A stretch of 34,236 bases of DNA from Octopus bimaculoides (Eukaryota): the NCBI RefSeq assembly GCF_001194135.2, contig NC_068981.1, positions 155,983,504 through 156,017,739 of the forward strand, given 5' to 3'. Position numbers and translations under genes: made by a program. Below, one piece after another: positions 22,331 through 33,832 of this stretch (positions are counted from its first letter, which is position 1; every line of letters starts with the position of its first letter). The notes under the pieces are model-generated. The model ran no database searches. It was not told the DNA's origin and was given only the letters and a program-made list of their open reading frames with translations.

Positions 22331-23264
22331 TTCTCTTGCTGTCACGGGAGCTATAACTACCCTACAAACATCAGTATTATGAAACACTAGAAGATTTATG
22401 TTAGAAGTGTTTAATGTTAATCAGTGACTACTTTGATGCCTGTCTTCGTGGTGAAAGATAGACGACTTCGCAGCACACAGAGATTTATCTGTTGAGACAA
22501 AACTCCGTGTTGCTGTTCATATCAGAAGAATGACCGAATAATATCTTTCCAAAGGTTTTAGAAGCAGAAATGTTGATACTATATAAAAGGGATAAATCAA
22601 AGATTGTATATGGTTAAGTCACTTAAATATATCTGATCAAAATTTGAGAAACGTAGGTGGAGGAGCTCAATCGCAAGAAAAATCAAAGAAAGATATGCAA
22701 GAAAGTGATAAAATGCAGAGTGTTCCAAAGAAGATTTTCTATGATGTCATATTTGTGTGAGAATCCCGCTGTTCTTAGAACTCTACGACTATCTCGACAT
22801 CTGCACTCTCACCAACTAAAGCAATTACCCTCGTTTCTTTTCTTTCTTTTTTTCTTTTTTTAATGATTCACAGATGTAATAACTTACATTTGTCGTAAGC
22901 AATGTAAAGCAGCTGCGGGTCTATAGAGACACAGAAATACATTATGTCATCGTGTTGCAGGAACAGAAGATTGATCTCGTTCATAATCTTTGCACCAAGA
23001 GACAGCATTTAACCGCTGTTCTAGAGAAGCGACATTCAAAGCAGTTAACAAAATAACTCATTCAGTTTGGTAATCTTTCTGAAAGGCAACTTTATATCTT
23101 CTATGTAAGTATTTTTTGTTTGTATACAAAAGGTTATAAAGCAATATAAAATCGACTTGAGATATTTTGCATTTGTGGATTCCAGTTTTTTTTATTATTA
23201 TTATTGTCTATGTGTATGCAAGGATGAATTAATGTGTTTATTACTATTTTTTGTTGCTGTTGTC

Positions 23265-23804
23265 ATTCAGAATCATTAGAACGCCGGATAAAATGCTTAG
23301 CGGTATTTCGTTCGTCTCTACGTCTTGAGTTCAAATTCTGCAGAGGTCGATTTTGCCTTTCATCCTTTTCGGAGTCGATGAAATAAGTACCAGTTGAGCA
23401 CTGGAGTCGATATAGCCGACTAGCTCTCTCCACATAAATTTCAGGCCTTGTAGAAAGGAATGTTGTTGTTGTTAAGGCAACGAGTTTACAGAATCATTAA
23501 CGCGTTGGACAAAATGCTTAACGTCATTTTTTTCGGGTCTTTGCGTTCTGAGTTCAAATTCTGTCACGACTGACTTTACCTTCCATGGTTGGGAATCGAT
23601 AAACTGAGTACCCGTTAAACACACTGGAGTCGATGTAATCAACTAGACCCCTCCCCTAAAATTTCAGGCCTTGTTCCCTTTGTAGAAAGATCATCAGCAC
23701 GCCGGACAAAATACTTAGCAGTATTTCTTCCGGTCTCACACTGAGTTCAAAATCCTCCGAGGTCGACTATGCCTCTCGTCCTTTCGGAGTCGTTAAAATA
23801 AGTA
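23265..23804 (+). mobile_element. Tandem array of three family B SINEs; the third is interrupted by the pogo element
   Basis: Units at about 23265-23460, 23474-23690 and 23692-23804, each with GTTCAAAT, GTCGA and AAGTAC landmarks. Confidence 0.87.
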
Positions 23805-24322
23805 CCGTATATTTCCGCATATAAGACGACCTTTAAATCCTAAAATTTACCCTAAAAACTTGGAGTCGTCTTATACCGCCATTCTAAAAATCAAACTTTA
23901 AATTTTAAGTGATTTTATAAGTAAGCTAACTTCGGTCTCGGTGCGATAACCACAGACATACGTGAACAGACTAACAAAATAAAAAAATTATAATGTAGGT
24001 AATAAAAACATTTTTACTCTATATATTATTGGCATATCTTCGTAATAAATAGCCTATTCGAGAGATAATTCTATATAATTGAAATCAACTTTTATCTATG
24101 CGAGCTCGGCTGAGAAAATGTAAACATAGAGTTATGGTTGTGCTCACGGTAACCTCTATCTTTTGCTAACCTTTCAAAAATTTTTATGATGAAGTATAAC
24201 TGTAGTAATAACATTTAGAATAACATATTTATATTTTTCATAAAATATCTATTATCATTTGGTGGTAAATAACACAATTTGGATTACACCACAACCTTTA
24301 TTCTTCAATAAAATTATTTTAC

Positions 24323-24536
24323 AAGGTGGTGAGCTGACAGAAACGTTAATACGCCGGGCGAAATGCTTAGCGGTATTTCGTCTGTCTTTACGTTCTGAGT
24401 CCAAATTCCGCCGAGGTCGACTTTGCCTTTCATCCTTTCGGGGGCGATAAATTAAGTACCAGTTGCGTACTGGGGTCGATCTAATCGACTGGTCCCCTCC
24501 CTAAAAATTTCGGGCCTTGTGCCTAGAGTAGAAAAG
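24323..24536 (+). mobile_element. Full-length family B SINE (214 bp) inserted in the pogo element
   Basis: Exact 16-bp TSD AATAAAATTATTTTAC at 24307-24322 and 24537-24552; tRNA-like head with B-box-like GAGTCCAAATTCC. Confidence 0.93.
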
Positions 24537-24779
24537 AATAAAATTATTTTACTGTAGTTGCATTTAGAACATAAGACATTATGATTTTTTTTTATTTCCT
24601 ATCAAGATAAATAATATTGATAAAACATCAAACCTGCCACATGTATTTATCTAAAACCCATCAAATTTCTCATTATTATCACTATCTGTTTCTAAAAGTT
24701 TCTCATGCATATCACAAGATTCAACACATATGCCATCATCGTAAGGATTTCAGTCTGGTTCTGGAGAATCGACTTCGAC

Positions 24780-25990
24780 TTCGTCGCCGCTATTGTACAG
24801 AATATCAGCTTCGGTACCATTCATGGCATTAGAGATACCACATGTTTTAAATGATTTTATCACATTTTCTACTTTAACTTTGTCCCAAACCTTTATAACA
24901 AAATCTCAGAGAACATCAAGTGAGGCAGAACGCATAGCTCTACCCTTTGTAAAAGATTTTTCTCCATTCATCATCCAGTCATTCCATTGCTCACTCACAT
25001 TATCTTTAAACGAATTGTTTAAACCGACATCAAGCGGCTGCAGTATAGAAGTCAAACCGCCATTAATAACAACAATATTAGTATTGGTTTTGGATAACCG
25101 AGTTTCAGTATTTGCCGTTACAGGCCTACGAAACATATCCCAAACCAATAAAATGCGTTCGTTTCGTACGCCACCTGTTCCAAATATTCTCAATCCATAA
25201 TTTCACACCATTCTCGTCCATCCACCCTTTCTCGTGAAAATGAACGAAAACGCCAGGAGGAAAACCTATTTGGGGCTTTGTTTTATATTTTAATATAACT
25301 ATGGGTTTTAATTTTGTACCGTCAGCCATGCAAGATAATACCACAGTAAACCTCGTTTTCTCACATCCTGTGCTTTTAACGTGCACTGTTTTTACTCCTT
25401 TCAAATCTACCATTTTGTTACCCAGCATGTCAAAGTCTGATGGAGTTTCATCCATATTTCAACATGAGACAATGGGAACTGATGTATTTTTCTCAGCTGG
25501 AGGATGAACTGGTGAAAACTGATTAGTTTATGATCGAGATCTCTCGGGAGTTTTGGGGCGATTTTTGTTTTCTCCCTTATTACCATATTTTTTCTGTTCA
25601 TACAACGATTGCACCAACTTATTGTTGCTTTAAAATCTTTACTTTCTTCTTTATATGATTTAGCCCAATTTAGGACATAAGATCTTATTTTATTTCATGT
25701 TACAATGTAGCTAGCTTATCTCTGCTGGGGTACCCATTCTGCTACATCATTTTCCAACTTCGGCCAACGAGTGCTTCCTCTTTTCATTGCACATTTTTGT
25801 TTTTGGCATTTGTCTTAATTTTTCTTCATTCTTTCTTCACTCTCGTACTATCTTCTTGGTAACATCGAATGTTCTAGCAGCAGCACAATTGTTCGAACTC
25901 TTGGCTACTTCTAGAACTTTCAATTTGAAACTAGCCTCATATTTTCTTCTTTTTGCTGATAGTTGCAAGGGATTAAAATAATTATAAATT
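24780..25990 (-). pseudogene. pogo transposase (POGK-like: N-terminal DNA-binding region, CENP-B HTH, DDE domain), frameshifted
   Basis: RRKYEASFKLKVLEVAKSSNNCAAARTF; MDETP (D1); KTRFTVVLSCMADGTKLKP; GWMDE; LVWDMF (D2) then 35 aa then LQPLDV (D3), giving DD35D. Confidence 0.92.
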
Positions 25991-26435
25991 CCATTTTACT
26001 AAACAGTTTGTGATTTTATATGAAGTATAGGTAAATGGTTATTAATACTTCAGGCTGACTGTAACTGTTTAGAACTTTTCAGTCATATGAACCACCATTA
26101 TCGTATTATTGATAGCGATAAAGTTTTGATAAAGAAGAATCAGGTTCCCTTTTAGGCAACGTGTGTATGAAAAAACATGATATAGAAACGTATTTGTTAT
26201 TTCGTTTATTTTCATTTCTTAGGATATAGTAAGTAAAAAAAACATTTGTAATGACATCGAGTTTACGAGATCAATATTTCTAAAGATACCTGTTGTTGCA
26301 AAAGCTAGCCTGTGCACAGATGGTTTCGTAATTTAGCAGTCGTCTCATACTATAGATGAGATAAATTCATGAAATTATTTTACAAATTTTGACCTCGTCT
26401 TATCTAAAGGTCGTCTTATACACGGAAATATACAA

Positions 26436-26520
26436 TACCTGTCGAAGACTGAGGTCGATGCAATCGACTAGCCCACCCTCCCCCAAATTTAAGGCCTTGT
26501 GTCTAGATCAGAAAGAATTA
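26436..26520 (+). mobile_element. 3' half of the family B SINE split by the pogo insertion
   Basis: TACCTGTCGAAGACTGAGGTCGATGCAATCGACT...GGCCTTGTG...AGAAAGAATT continues ...AAAATAAGTA (23804) exactly as in intact copies (AAGTACCAGTTGCGTACTGGGGTCGATCTAATCGACT). Confidence 0.88.
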
Positions 26521-26892
26521 TCATTACTATCTTATAATAATTCTGCTTGTCATTGCGTTATCTAGCCCTTCGGTAATACCTTCACAGGATTAGAGAAAAA
26601 GAGAAAGACAGAAAAGAGGGTGAGAGAAAAAGAGGGAGAGAGAAGCGTTCATGTCGTGAGGTAGAGGGAATGTAATTGTAACGTCTTCACATGGTTAGTT
26701 GAAGGGAAAGAGAGGAGAAACAAAAAGAGAGAGAAAAGAGGCTAAGGCGAAGAGTGAGACAGAAAGAAGGAGAGAGAAAAGAGGAAGAGAGAAGCGTCCA
26801 AGACGTAAAGTAGGTGGGACGTAATATTTATTACGTGGTGAAGAAGGTTAGTTGAAGGTAGACGAGGAGAGTTAAAAGTATAATTTTAGCAG

Positions 26893-26969
26893 AGTGGTGG
26901 TGGTGGTGGTGGTGGTGGTGACGACGGCGACGGCGGCGGTGGCGGTGGCGGTGGTGGTGGTGACGGTAG
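26893..26969. repeat. (GGT)n/(GGC)n trinucleotide repeat running into a gap
   Basis: Read directly from the sequence. Confidence 0.9.
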
Positions 26970-27704
26970 NNNNNNNNNNNNNNNNNNNNNNNNNNNNNNN
27001 NNNNNNNNNNNNNNNNNNNNNNNNNNNNNNNNNNNNNNNNNNNNNNNNNNNNNNNNNNNNNNNNNNNNNNNNNNNNNNNNNNNNNNNNNNNNNNNNNNNN
27101 NNNNNNNNNNNNNNNNNNNNNNNNNNNNNNNNNNNNNNNNNNNNNNNNNNNNNNNNNNNNNNNNNNNNNNNNNNNNNNNNNNNNNNNNTTTTAATTGAAC
27201 TAAGTCTTCTTTATATCACCTATCACTTAACGCATGCGCATAAGAACACGTTCGTGGAATATTCATGCTTATTTACGTGGCAAACATAAGCAATTTAACT
27301 AAAGGTTGTATCATATGCCGGGGATAGTTTTTCTTAATGGGAAACATGGAAAAATAAGAGTGTATATTTATTTTATGAGTGTTGTGTATTAAGTCTATAA
27401 AATTGTGCATAAAGTATATAAAGTGTATATATAAAGTGCATTAAATAATCATCGTATTCCAATTTCTTTCACTTTTCAATGAGTAGCAGATGAGCGACTA
27501 TCTTTTGATACAGACATAACACAGTCTTCACTTTCGGGTTTTTGGATAAAGTTTTCAAAATAACTCAGTAGGTTTACCATTAATTCCGTGAAATATTCAC
27601 GAGCTCTGCTAGTATAGAATAAAGCGTGATTTTTTGGCATATGTGTGACAGCTTTAGATTAACTTGCAGAAAGACAATTCTGAGGGTCCACCCTAGAAGA
27701 ATTT

Positions 27705-28027
27705 CAGTCAAAAGAATCGACCCCAGTACTCATTCTTTTTGAAGAACCTGGTACTTATTCTTTCGGTGTCTTTGGCCGATCCGCTTAGTCACAAAGATGT
27801 GAACACTCCAACATCAGTTATCAAGCGGTGGCGGAGACAAACACAGGCACGCACACACTTATATATACATACGACAGGCTCCTTTCAGTTTCCGTCTACC
27901 AAATCCAGTCACAAAGCTTTGGTTGATCCGAAGCTATTGTACAAGACACTCGCTCAAGTTGCCACACAGTGGGACCAAATCCGAAACCATGTGGTTGGGG
28001 AGTAAACTTCTTACCACATAGTCGCGC
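27705..28027 (-). mobile_element. tRNA-derived SINE, family A
   Basis: TTTCAGTTTCCGTCTACCAAATCC...AAGCTTTGG...ACCATGTGGTTGG...CTTACCAC aligns with 32336-32753. Confidence 0.85.
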
Positions 28028-28840
28028 ATGTAAATATATTTTTGTATAATAAATATGAATATATTTTATTTTGTATATAAATATATTTCATTTTCACTTA
28101 AAGTGCATCTGTATTAATATATTTTGTTTTGTATACTGTAAATTTCGATCGTTAGATTGTTATTTAAATGGAATATTTTAATTTACAAAATTACAGACGC
28201 GGAATCTCTGATGTCCAAAGTGCTTTTTTCATTTTTTTAGGCGTCATAAAAATATTAGGGGTTGTTCTGAAAAAAATAATTTTGAAATACCTTTTGTTGG
28301 TTCTAACACATGTCATTGTAAAAATTACTTCTCTTCCATCGACATATATATTTGTACATTTTAATAACCTTTTAATAAACATACGACTACAGATGTTATA
28401 GAAATGGGAAATGATTTTTTTCCTGCGTGTTATATGAGCTTCGATAACGCGAACAGTGGAAGTTTCAGCAAAAGAATTAACTATTGGAAATATATAAAGA
28501 AAGAAGAGATGGAAAGAGAGGGGGGAAAGAGTGAGAGAGATGGAAAGAGAGAGAGAATTGCTAGGAAACAGTAGGAGAAAAGGGATATAAATGAAATGTA
28601 AAGCGTTACAATAAACTCATGTCGCAGTGAATAGAATTGAGTTTTCTGAGAAGCGTTTAGTTGAAATCTTCAATTATAAGGAATTTTGAAAACCATATTT
28701 TGATAGAAAGAAATATATATGTATATTAAAATTGGAAATTATAATTGCTTTCTTTTAGTAAAAGTTAAATAATCGCAAGTAATGCTACGAACATTACTTA
28801 TTAGGCAGGTAAGGCTATGTAAGAGCTACGGAAGGTCCGC

Positions 28841-28885
28841 CGTTAGACTCCCGGTTTGATAATAGTATGAGTGTGGAGTCTAACG
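28841..28885. other. 11-bp perfect inverted repeat (extendable with G:U pairs) upstream of the HHR motif
   Basis: CGTTAGACTCC (28841-28851) / GGAGTCTAACG (28875-28885), 23-nt loop. Confidence 0.8.
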
Positions 28886-28988
28886 CGGGTCGTGTGTGAG
28901 CGTGTATAGGTTAAATAAAATCGCTCCCTTTCCAAAATAACTTCTTATATTAAACTCTATTATTTCCTTCTACTTAACTCTCTCATAT

Positions 28989-29040
28989 CATCCCTGATGA
29001 TGGGATGTCTTTTTATATCTCTGAAACAGCTGTAAGACTA
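28989..29040 (+). ncRNA. Minimal type I hammerhead ribozyme-like motif in a dispersed repeat (activity unproven)
   Basis: CTGATGA (28994-29000); stem II GGGATGT/ATATCTC (29002-29008/29015-29021); GAAA (29023-29026); palindromic stem III ACAGCTGT (29026-29033); GUA cleavage triplet (29032-29034). Stem I pairs poorly in this copy. Confidence 0.55.
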
Positions 29041-29177
29041 CCCTTCTCTTTATAAAATGTACAAGAAATTTCACACTGCCTTGGCGTTGTTGTCTTATTT
29101 CATTTAACTATTANNNNNNNNNNNNNNNNNNNNNNNNNNNNNNNNNNNNNNNNNNNTATATATATATATATATATAT

Positions 29178-30791
29178 TCCATAGAGGTATCTCCCTTTTG
29201 TGTGTTACCGGGAAAACCCTTGGAAGGGTTATCTTAAACAGATTAAATGGTACCCTTGCCAGCTTAGTGTTGCCTGAATCTGTGTGGATTTCGGGCTGAT
29301 AGAGGTGTAGCGGGTATAATTTTTAGCCTAAGGCAGCTACAGTAAAAGGCTCGTTAGCACAACCAAGATCGTTTTCTCACTTTTTTAGACCTAACTAAAA
29401 CTTTAGACGCCGTATCTGGGCATGCTTTTGGGGTTGTCTTTAGAAAGCTAGGTGTTCCCGAAAAGATGCTCAATGTTATCATTTTTTTTCCATCAAGGGA
29501 TGATGGCTTCTGTCAGATCTAGCGAGGTAATGTTCGATTCATTCACAGTCTCAAATGGGATAAAACAAGGCTGTGCTCTTGTACCGCTCTTATTTGCTTT
29601 GTATTTCTCTGTCATGCTGGAAACAGCGTTCGAGCGTGTTAAAGAAGGAGTAAAATTTGAGTACAGAACTGGTGTTCAACCAACAACGCTTCAAAGCAAA
29701 AACTAAGACTTTGGTGCAAATAGTTCGAGATTTGCTCCTCGCAAACGATTGTGCATTTGTAACACACACTCTTGAGGAGATGCAATGTATTTTAAACAAT
29801 TTCTCGCGTGCGTCAAAAACTTTTTGTCTGACCATCAGCATCAAGAAAACTGGGCTTGTCCATCAGCCCATTCGTGACCATCTTCCCGCTGTTGCCCCTG
29901 CTATATATGTTGATGGAAGAGCATTAAAAACTATTTCCTCCTTCACTTACCTTAGCTTCATTGTGTCCAGTGATGCTAAAATGGATAAAGAAATTGAGTC
30001 CAGAATTGAAAAGGCTGGCTCCGTTTTCGGTAAGCCTTATCACAGGCTTTGAAACAGCCACAGCGTATCATTGATGGTGAAAGTCGATGTATATAAATCT
30101 GTGGTCTTGACAACATTGCTTTATGGTGCTGGATCTTGGACCCTCTACCGAAAGCACATCAACCTGTTTGACGCTTTTCATATGCAATGTTTGCGTACTA
30201 TCTCCAACATAAAACCGAGTGACCATATTCACAGCAGCGAGGTACTAGCAAAATGCAACATATCAGGTATTGATCCCATCCTCATCAAAATACAGCTTAG
30301 ATGGTCAGGTCACCTCTCATGTATGAGTGATATCAGAATTCCGAAGCAACTTCTCTTCGGCCAATTCCCAACAGAAAGGTCACTTGGAAGGCCACTCTTG
30401 CGCTTCAAAGACAAACTAAAAGACTATCTGAATTGATGCAGCATTTCCTTTTCTTCTTGGGAAAACAAAGCATCAGAACGCAGGAGCTGGCGCCAGTCCT
30501 GCTTCTCTTCAATTCAAAGATTTGAGTAAAGTCTACTCCAACATTGTGACCAACTTCATGCAAGCATGACGGCACACTAGCAAAAACGCTGCTCCTCTAA
30601 ATAGAAACTTTACCTGTCATTGTGGTTTTGTGGCATGAAGCAAAGCAGACCTTGCCGTCCACTCAAGAAAACACATAGTGAATGACCCACAAGCACTCAA
30701 ACAAACTGAGTTCACAAATTATTCCATTTGCCAAAAGGTTTGCAAGGCACCAACATGCCTCAAGAGACACAATCGTGTCCATAGAGCATGA
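29178..30791 (+). mobile_element. 5'-truncated RTE-clade LINE (RT plus C-terminus), decayed
   Basis: HRGISLLCVTGK from 29180; FLDLTKTLDAV; NGIKQGCALVPLLF; RDLLLANDC (degenerate YADD); FTYLS; QLRWSGHL; PKQLLFGQ; two C2H2-like fingers ending at TGA 30789-30791. Confidence 0.92.
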
Positions 30792-30794
30792 TTA

Positions 30795-31890
30795 GCGCCT
30801 TATTTTCAGATGACCTCCGAATCTTCTGCAGCTCTTCTGGATGGTCTCCTTGTTTAAGTTGGTGAATGTTGTCATAATCCTTACCTTCAGTTTATCTTTG
30901 GTGTTACAGGGAGTTTTGGTGCTCTCTTGCTCAACTGCACCCTACACATAATAATCAAGGGGATTGCAGTCTGGGGAGTTACGGGTGATGTGGTCGCAGA
31001 AATTGTCTAACAGCCATGACTGGGTTCTCCTGCTTGTGTGGCATAGTGAAGAGTCCTGTTGCCAGACATAAAGTCTTCCAGCAGCCATCTTCTTAACCCA
31101 GGGTAGCACTACTTCCCCCAACCTCTTGATGTACGCCTCCGTGTTGAGTCTGAGGCCACGTAGGAAGTTGAATGGAGGCATAACGTCGCCATCACTAGTG
31201 GTCACTCCAAACCCCATTATGTTGACTGGATGCTTGATTTTTATCACTCTTGGTACATATTTTGGGGACACAGTTCACCATCTGATCCTGGCAGAGACTT
31301 TTATCGTCTGAGAAAAACCAAAGCATATTCGGTTGGAGGGAATGCTTGAGTTTGTTCAAAAGGTCGTTCCTCTTGTCCTTGATGGCTTGGGATAAAAATT
31401 GGCCCATTCTCATCTTGCATAGGGAGTACTGAATGTCTTCATGCACTGCCTGCTTGATAATAAATTCCCATGTACTTGGCAATGGACCTGATTGACTTGG
31501 AGGGACCGTTGTCAGTCATGGCCTGGATCTCACCAACAAATTCAGGAATTCTTTTCTTACCAGAACGATCAGAGTTAGTTTTCCGAGCTGCCGTACCTTC
31601 GTAATCATCATTAGACTCATCCAACTCTTTCCGAATCCTCTGCACTGTCCTCAGATTGACACCCAAACACTCTGAAATGTTTGTATTGGAGCTTCCGGCG
31701 CGAATGCCAAGCAGTACAGCATGCCGTTTCAAAATTTCTGGCAGAGTGAATTGCGTCATGGTGTTGTTTTTCTCACAGGCAGTACCCAACTGACCCTACT
31801 ATACTGTCTAGTCGACAAAATAAAAAGCAAAAGATGCGCATGCGCAAAATTAAAAATATAAGATGACGACAATTTACCCATCACACCCTG
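30795..31890 (-). mobile_element. maT (DD37D-type) Tc1/mariner element; transposase 3' end and one TIR missing
   Basis: MTQFTLPEILKRHAV...HTH-like region; WFFSDDK; VWQQDS; NSPDCNPLDYYV. D2-D3 spacing is 32 with the usual WPP motif absent, implying a deletion of about 5 codons. Terminal TA+CAGGGTGTGATGGGTAAATT (reverse complement of 31871-31892). Confidence 0.85.
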
Positions 31891-32335
31891 TAGAAAGAAT
31901 TTACTCATCACACAGAGTAGAAAGAAAGAATAAACAAGCATACAACTGTTACATTTAGAGCATGGAATTTATATATTCAAACATAATTAGTGAGTTGTAA
32001 CAACAGAATTGTTAGAATAGAGTGTATCGTCAGAAATAAGGGAGCAAGAAGGTGTGCAGATAGTCTCTTACAGTTACTTCCAGAATAGATGCGCATTGAT
32101 GTATTTCTCGGCGAACGAGGATAACCTTTACATATAACAGCGAACTATTCCATCGTTAGAGAGAGAAAAAAATGAGGTAGATCATTAGTAGAGAATTTTA
32201 GTAGTGAACAGTTCCGTCTTCGAAGAGAGAGTAAGGTAGATAGTTAGTGGAAGGCTTGTGTGAGATATAGAGGACAGAATAAAGGAAGATAGGGTCATGA
32301 ATGTATGAGCAAGTGACAGACATAGAAATTAAGAG

Positions 32336-32543
32336 TTACTCTTTACTCTTTTACTTGTTTCAGTCAGTTGACTGCGGCCATGCTGGAGCACCGCCTTTAG
32401 TCGAGCAAATCGACCCCAGGACTTATTCTTTGTAAGCCTGGTACTTATTCTAATGGTCTCTTTTGCCGAACCGCTAAGTTACGGGGACATAAACACACCA
32501 CCATCGGTTGTCAAGCGATGTTGGGGGGACAAACACAGACACA

Positions 32544-32599
<56 letters not shown>

Positions 32600-32753
32600 C
32601 GACGGGCTTCTTTCAGTTTCCATCTACCAAATCCACTCACAAGGCTTTGGTCGGCCCGAGGCTATAGTAAAATACACTTGCCCAAGGTGCCACGCAGTAG
32701 GAATGAACCCGTAACCATGTGGTTGGTAAGCAAGCTACTTACCACACAGCCAC
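32336..32753 (-). mobile_element. Full-length tRNA-derived SINE, family A
   Basis: Minus strand: GTGGCTGTGTGGTAAGTAGC (A-box-like), GGGTTCATTCC (B-box-like), GTGGCACCTTGGGCAAGTG (CORE-like), internal (TA)n(TG)n, tail GAAACAAGTAAAAGAGTAAAGAGTAA. Confidence 0.9.
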
Positions 32754-33190
32754 AACAAAATATAAAGGAATAGGGAATGCTGAAATAAGTAGGGAAGAGA
32801 GATTCAGTGATAAGGTGTGATGAAGACCGTTAGTATTATGGCACATTTATAGTGGCAAGTCCAGTGTAGGAAGAGTGTAAGATTCATCAGACATCCAACG
32901 GAGGTGTAGTGTTTGAGGGTTGCAAATAAGATGCAGACAATCGCCTGACAATAGCGGTTTGGTATTGTGATTCAAGCACTGCGTGTGGGAAGGAAGGTGT
33001 TAAACTATGTATCAGGAGGAGAAGCTATAGGGTAGAGAAATAAATCGAGTCGGGCTAAATATCAACAAGCTTATATTTGGTTCTAATTATAAATAAGTAG
33101 TAATCAAATTTTAAGTTCAGTGAAAGCGAAGAATATATTGAGCTGTTGTTAGATTCAAATAAAGTGACGTGTAGCATGTTAAAATGAAAT

Positions 33191-33560
33191 AAAACAAGAG
33201 CACTCAGAGAGCGCAAACCTCCGCCAAGGCAACACCAACGTCCTCTCAACGATTAGCCAGAGATGATTTTTAAAATGAGAATATCTGAAATAAACTCGAC
33301 TGCTCTCACAAACGAGAATACTAGAAATGAACTCGAGCGGTGTCAAAAATTAAGTAAAAAAAGCAGGAAAAATAATCCAGAATCCTTGTCCGGTACCGGA
33401 TCGATCCCAAAATCTAATCAGATCGTGCCAGTAACGAGGCTAAACATTCCTGAAAGTTTCACCCCAATCCATCAAGTGGTTCTTGAGATATCTTGTCCAC
33501 GAACAAACAAACAAACACAACTGAAAACAATACCTCCACCTTAGCGAAGGTGGAAGTAAT
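33191..33560. mobile_element. Non-autonomous Helentron/DINE-1-like (HINE) element
   Basis: Subterminal ACCTCCGCC (33217-33225) is inverted relative to the right arm of a terminal hairpin TACCTCCACCTT-AGCG-AAGGTGGAAGTA (33531-33558, 11/12 pairs). (ACAA)n lies just before the hairpin; flanks are A-rich. Confidence 0.6.
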
Positions 33561-33800
33561 AAATAAACTCAAGTAAATATATTAATTCAAGTTCAATAGT
33601 ATTGAATTTAAATAGGTAATATATAAATTGTAAGTTGCAGGAAAAATGAAAATATGTTAAGTAGTCGTGCTACCCAACACCTTTTGCTTTAGTCGCAATT
33701 GTAGTCAGAACTTTTGGTAGACTGTGTACTTATTATATTGCTTCGTCATTAGACGAAATTTTACCTGAACTGTATATAAATATGTATGTATGTATGTACA

Positions 33801-33832
<32 letters not shown>

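Larger units (their letters stand above)
23805..26435 (-). mobile_element. pogo/Tigger-family DNA transposon, complete ends, decayed
   Basis: 31-bp TIRs CCGTATATTTCCGCATATAAGACGACCTTTA (23805-23835) vs the reverse complement of 26405-26435 (4 mismatches). TA at 23803-23804 and 26436-26437. Confidence 0.93.
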
